The position numbers and the translations under genes are program-made. From a virus, in IMG/VR virus record IMGVR_UViG_3300029215_000011: DNA of 43,906 nucleotides; one strand, given 5' to 3'. This document shows positions 40,387-43,906 of the stretch, one piece after another. Position 1 is the stretch's first letter; every line of letters begins with the position of its first letter. The notes below the pieces were generated by a model, which searched no databases, had not been told where the DNA came from, and saw only the letters and a list, made by a program, of their open reading frames with translations.

Positions 40387-41808
40387 ATGGGAGAAGAACT
40401 AGCATATTCTATTCACTTGGGAAGTGATAAAAATAGGTCAAAAGTTGCGAAGAAAGTTGCAAAAAGTAATAACTCAAGTACAACTTCTTTTAGCAATAAT
40501 GCTGTTCAAAATGCTCAGCAATTATCCAAAGTTAATAAGCATAATTTAAGAGATTATGACCATAAAACAGATGAAATTGAGATAGTTTATGGTACAAATA
40601 GCTTATATAAAGATGTTCAAGACTTGTACTTACAAGAGTTTCAAGAAGCACAAATTGAATATGATAATAAGCAAATAAGAGCTGATAGAAAAATAGGAGA
40701 TTACTTCACTCATATTTCAAATGATAGCAAACATGATTTAGCTTGTGAATTAATAATAGAACTTGGAGATATGGACTTTTGGAATAATAAAACAATGGAA
40801 TATAAAAAGCAAATGACAGAAGTTTATAAAGACCAAATTTATAAGTTAATGAAAATTGTTCCTGCGTTTAAGGTAGCAAATGCAGTAGTACATTATGATG
40901 AAACTTCTCCACATATGCACTTAGTAGGAGTACCTGTAAAAGATGGTTATAAAAATGGAATGAAGAAACAAGTTGCTAAATCTCAAATATTTACAAAGAC
41001 TTCATTGAAAGAAATTCAAGATAAAATGAGAAAATTTTGTATTGAAAAATTTAATGAGATCTATGAGCAAAAGGCAACATTGAAGCAAAAACAAAAAGGC
41101 AGAAATCGAGATATAAATGTTAATCAAATGGACGGATATAGTGAACTAAAAAGAGAACAAGAGAAGAATACTAAAAGATTAAAAGAAGCCAATAGTAAAA
41201 GTGATGAGTTAGATATAAAAACACAGGAAATAAAAGAAATTCTTAATAACCTAAAATCACCATTACTTGATAGAAATAATAAGATTATTTCAAACGAGAA
41301 TATTGATAAATTCTTAAATTATACAGAAGAGGTTAAAGATACTACTAAAAGCATAAAAGGTGTTAATGACTTAAATATTACTATTGATAAAGTGGAAAAA
41401 AATTATAAGAATTTAGAAAGCGAAAGAGATAGACTATATTATAGTAATACTGAAAAGGATAAGATGATTGCTGAATTAAAGGAAGAAATAAAGTTTAAGG
41501 ATAATAAAATCAATAAATTAGAAACAGCTTTAAATAAAGTAAAAACTGAATTAAACAAGTTTAAAGACTTTTGGAGAAGACTAATTAGAAGATTTCAAAC
41601 TAAAGTATTTGATGAAAGATTTGATAATATTCCAGAAGATAAGAGAAGTTATACTCTTGTTGCAGAAGATTTAGAAAGAAGCGGTATATTTGATGATAAT
41701 GATTCAGATATTGTAAAAAATCTAAGAAGAAAAATATTGACTAATGATGAACTGGCTGAAATACAAGCTAAAAAAGGAAAAAAGAAAAACGATTATAATT
41801 TAGATTAA
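40387..41808 (+). CDS. MobV/Pre-type plasmid mobilization relaxase
   Basis: AYSIHLGSDKNRSKVAKKV...NLRDYDHKTDE...VPAFKVANAVVHYDETSPHMHLVGVPV. Confidence 0.9.
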   Translation: MGEELAYSIHLGSDKNRSKVAKKVAKSNNSSTTSFSNNAVQNAQQLSKVNKHNLRDYDHKTDEIEIVYGTNSLYKDVQDLYLQEFQEAQIEYDNKQIRADRKIGDYFTHISNDSKHDLACELIIELGDMDFWNNKTMEYKKQMTEVYKDQIYKLMKIVPAFKVANAVVHYDETSPHMHLVGVPVKDGYKNGMKKQVAKSQIFTKTSLKEIQDKMRKFCIEKFNEIYEQKATLKQKQKGRNRDINVNQMDGYSELKREQEKNTKRLKEANSKSDELDIKTQEIKEILNNLKSPLLDRNNKIISNENIDKFLNYTEEVKDTTKSIKGVNDLNITIDKVEKNYKNLESERDRLYYSNTEKDKMIAELKEEIKFKDNKINKLETALNKVKTELNKFKDFWRRLIRRFQTKVFDERFDNIPEDKRSYTLVAEDLERSGIFDDNDSDIVKNLRRKILTNDELAEIQAKKGKKKNDYNLD

Positions 41809-41815
41809 AGGAGGC

Positions 41816-42136
41816 TTGGAAAGTATGTCAAATAAAGATAATATTTATTTTAGTAGAGAAGAGTACAATAAATTAATGCAGATTATTATAGATAATAAAA
41901 ACAGTAAAGATGAAGAAATTAGACACATAGCTGAACAATTAAATGAAAAGTTTGAAAAATATGTTTATTTATATGAAAAACAAACTGAAGCAAAATTAGA
42001 AGAAGGTGTTATATATAGAGCATATTCAAATGAATTAAAATGGATTGTTAAAGAATGTATGTATTTAGTAAGAAAAAAAGCTAAAGTAGATTATTACGAA
42101 GAATTAAAAATAAAAGAAAACAAAGGAGAGAAATAG
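41816..42136 (+). CDS. Hypothetical protein in mobilization module
   Basis: ORF; synteny. Confidence 0.6.
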   Translation: MESMSNKDNIYFSREEYNKLMQIIIDNKNSKDEEIRHIAEQLNEKFEKYVYLYEKQTEAKLEEGVIYRAYSNELKWIVKECMYLVRKKAKVDYYEELKIKENKGEK

Positions 42137-42138
42137 TT

Positions 42139-42528
42139 ATGAATAATGAATTACAAAAAACAAAAATAGATGAAAGAACTGGAATTGAATATCATTTAGA
42201 AGGAGATTATTATATTCCAAATTTAACAATACCAAAGCAGGAAAAGATAATTCTTAATAAATATGGTAGAATGAGATTAAATTATCTAAAGGAGTATAAA
42301 AAGGCAGAATATACAATAATGTTAATGGATGGAACATTAAATAGTCATTTAAAAGAAATTCAAGAAGCTGCAACTGAAAGAGTAGAACAAATAATAAAAC
42401 AATTAAAAGCAAAAAGTAATCTAACAGAAGATATGAAAAATACAGATATGCTTTATTGGGTTGGTATGATGAATAATTTTAAGAATCAAGCAGAAAAAAT
42501 AATTTTTAATGAATTAATATATGTATAG
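42139..42528 (+). CDS. TnpV-like transposon-encoded protein
   Basis: IDERTGIEYHLEGDYYIPNLTIPKQEKIILNKYGRMRLNYLKEYKKAEYTIMLMDGTLNSHL. Confidence 0.75.
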   Translation: MNNELQKTKIDERTGIEYHLEGDYYIPNLTIPKQEKIILNKYGRMRLNYLKEYKKAEYTIMLMDGTLNSHLKEIQEAATERVEQIIKQLKAKSNLTEDMKNTDMLYWVGMMNNFKNQAEKIIFNELIYV

Positions 42529-42540
42529 GAGATGATGCAA

Positions 42541-42822
42541 ATGAAGAATTTAAGAGAAGTAAAAGATGATTTATTAAAAGAATGGATAGAATTTAGAGAA
42601 GAAACAGCATTTTGTGAGATGACTCCTCAAGATAAAAAGTATTGTATTTACTTTGATGAGATTGCAGAGAAAATACTTAAGAATGTTCCTGAACAGAATA
42701 AGAAATATGTTCAGAAGCAACTAGATCAACTTGATAAAAATTTTATGGACTACTTATATTATTGGAATGAAAAGTATTATAGAAATGGATTTGCAGATGT
42801 AATTGAATTATTTTATTTATAA
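42541..42822 (+). CDS. Hypothetical protein in mobilization module
   Basis: ORF; synteny. Confidence 0.55.
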   Translation: MKNLREVKDDLLKEWIEFREETAFCEMTPQDKKYCIYFDEIAEKILKNVPEQNKKYVQKQLDQLDKNFMDYLYYWNEKYYRNGFADVIELFYL

Positions 42823-43093
42823 AATGGATGAAAGAAAACGAAACTTAAAACTAATTAGTAATTTATATGGATGAAACAAATCGAATAATAAAAAATATAA
42901 ACGGATAAAATAGTAAAAATAGCAAAATAGTTAAAATTTGGCTTACAAAAAGTGGCGAATTATCCAAAAACAAACCTGCAAAAGAGTGAATATTGTATAA
43001 TTAATTGCACGTTGTAAACATAAAAATATAGACACACAATTAAAAATCAATTAAAATGTTAGTTGCGAGACTAAACATTTGAGGTTTTTAATT

Positions 43094-43761
43094 ATGTGTC
43101 AAAAACAGTATAGCACAAATAAAAGAAATTTTAAACAATTAACATACAAAGAAAGAATAAAAACAGAAACTCTGTATAATGATAAGCACTTAAATTATAC
43201 ACAAATTGGAGAAATATTAGGAAAACATCGAACAACAATAAGTAGAGAAATAAAATTAGGATTAGTTGAATTAGAAAAATCTTATTTAATAGAAACACAA
43301 ATAAAGAAGGAAAAACAATGCATGATAGACCAGAAGAAATAGAAGCAAGAAAAGAAATAATAGAATTAATACCAAATAAGTTAGCGAAATCAGTTTCAAA
43401 AGCCTTAGATAGAATAGAAAGAGAAATAGGAGTAGTAAAATTCAGAGAAATATTTAAAACAATAATGACAGACAATGGAGCAGAATTTAGAAATTAGAAA
43501 TCCATAGAACAATCATACACAAGAAGCAAAAAAGGAAGAACAAAGCAATATTATGCAGATGCATATAGTTCATGGCAAAGAGGAACAAACGAAAATATAA
43601 ATAAAATGATAAGAAGACTTTTACCCAAAGGAACAAGTTTTAAAGGATTAAAACAGGAAGATGTAAAAAGAATCGAAAAATGGATAAACCAATATCCTAG
43701 AAAAATATTTAAATTTAAGACATCAGAGGAATATTATAAAGAAGAATTAAAAGCAGCATAA
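43094..43761 (+). pseudogene. IS30-like transposase remnant
   Basis: N-terminal HTH (LTYKERIKTETLYNDKHLNYTQIGEILGKHRTTISREI), frame change near 43324, stop in FREIFKTIMTDNGAEFRN*KSIEQSYT, part of catalytic domain missing. Confidence 0.85.
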
Positions 43762-43906
43762 CGTTTTATAAAAGTTTTAAAAATAGTGTGCAATGTACAT
43801 TTTATTTTGGACAAAAAACAATGCTGTCAATAATTTAGAAAAATTTCACTAAAAAGCACACCTTATTTTAGTTGCAAAAATTTCACCTATGTACAATCTT
43901 GAGTTG

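Noticed and set aside
42823-43078. Cargo gene between the mobilizable element and the IS30 remnant
   Set aside because: No ORF with RBS and meaningful length; appears noncoding.

Overview
The window holds a complete-looking ~35.6 kb siphovirus-type prophage in a tRNA-Asn gene (38-bp core att repeats at 44-81 and 35622-35659), followed by an intact ISLre2-like insertion sequence, a mobilizable element (large serine recombinase plus MobV/Pre-type relaxase), and a degenerate IS30-like transposase. Three observations stand out. (1) Five prophage genes (replication protein, DUF1064 protein, terminase large subunit, tape measure, endolysin) are each split by a +1 frame change, and every break falls exactly on an in-frame CGG codon. 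Skipping the C restores the expected protein with a Gly (GGN) as the next residue. My manual scan found no other in-frame CGG in any well-supported gene of the window. This suggests CGG is an unassigned or hungry codon in this host/phage system that directs +1 frameshifting (NNN-C-GGN), rather than random pseudogenization. (2) A diversity-generating retroelement is present: the 3' end of a tail protein gene is a 119-bp variable repeat, the template repeat lies 275 bp downstream, all 8 mismatches are at template adenines, and a YMDD reverse transcriptase follows. No Avd is adjacent, but a MutS-domain-I-like protein is encoded 3.4 kb away. (3) There are several structured or regulatory signals: twin promoters sharing one palindromic operator in the -35/-10 spacer, a nested 99-bp three-way-junction-like inverted repeat in the mobilizable element, integrase arm-site-like repeats, a DUF2829 (Tad2-like) anti-Thoeris candidate, and a ParB-methyltransferase fusion. 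All calls are by eye from the sequence and ORF track; no database search was run.
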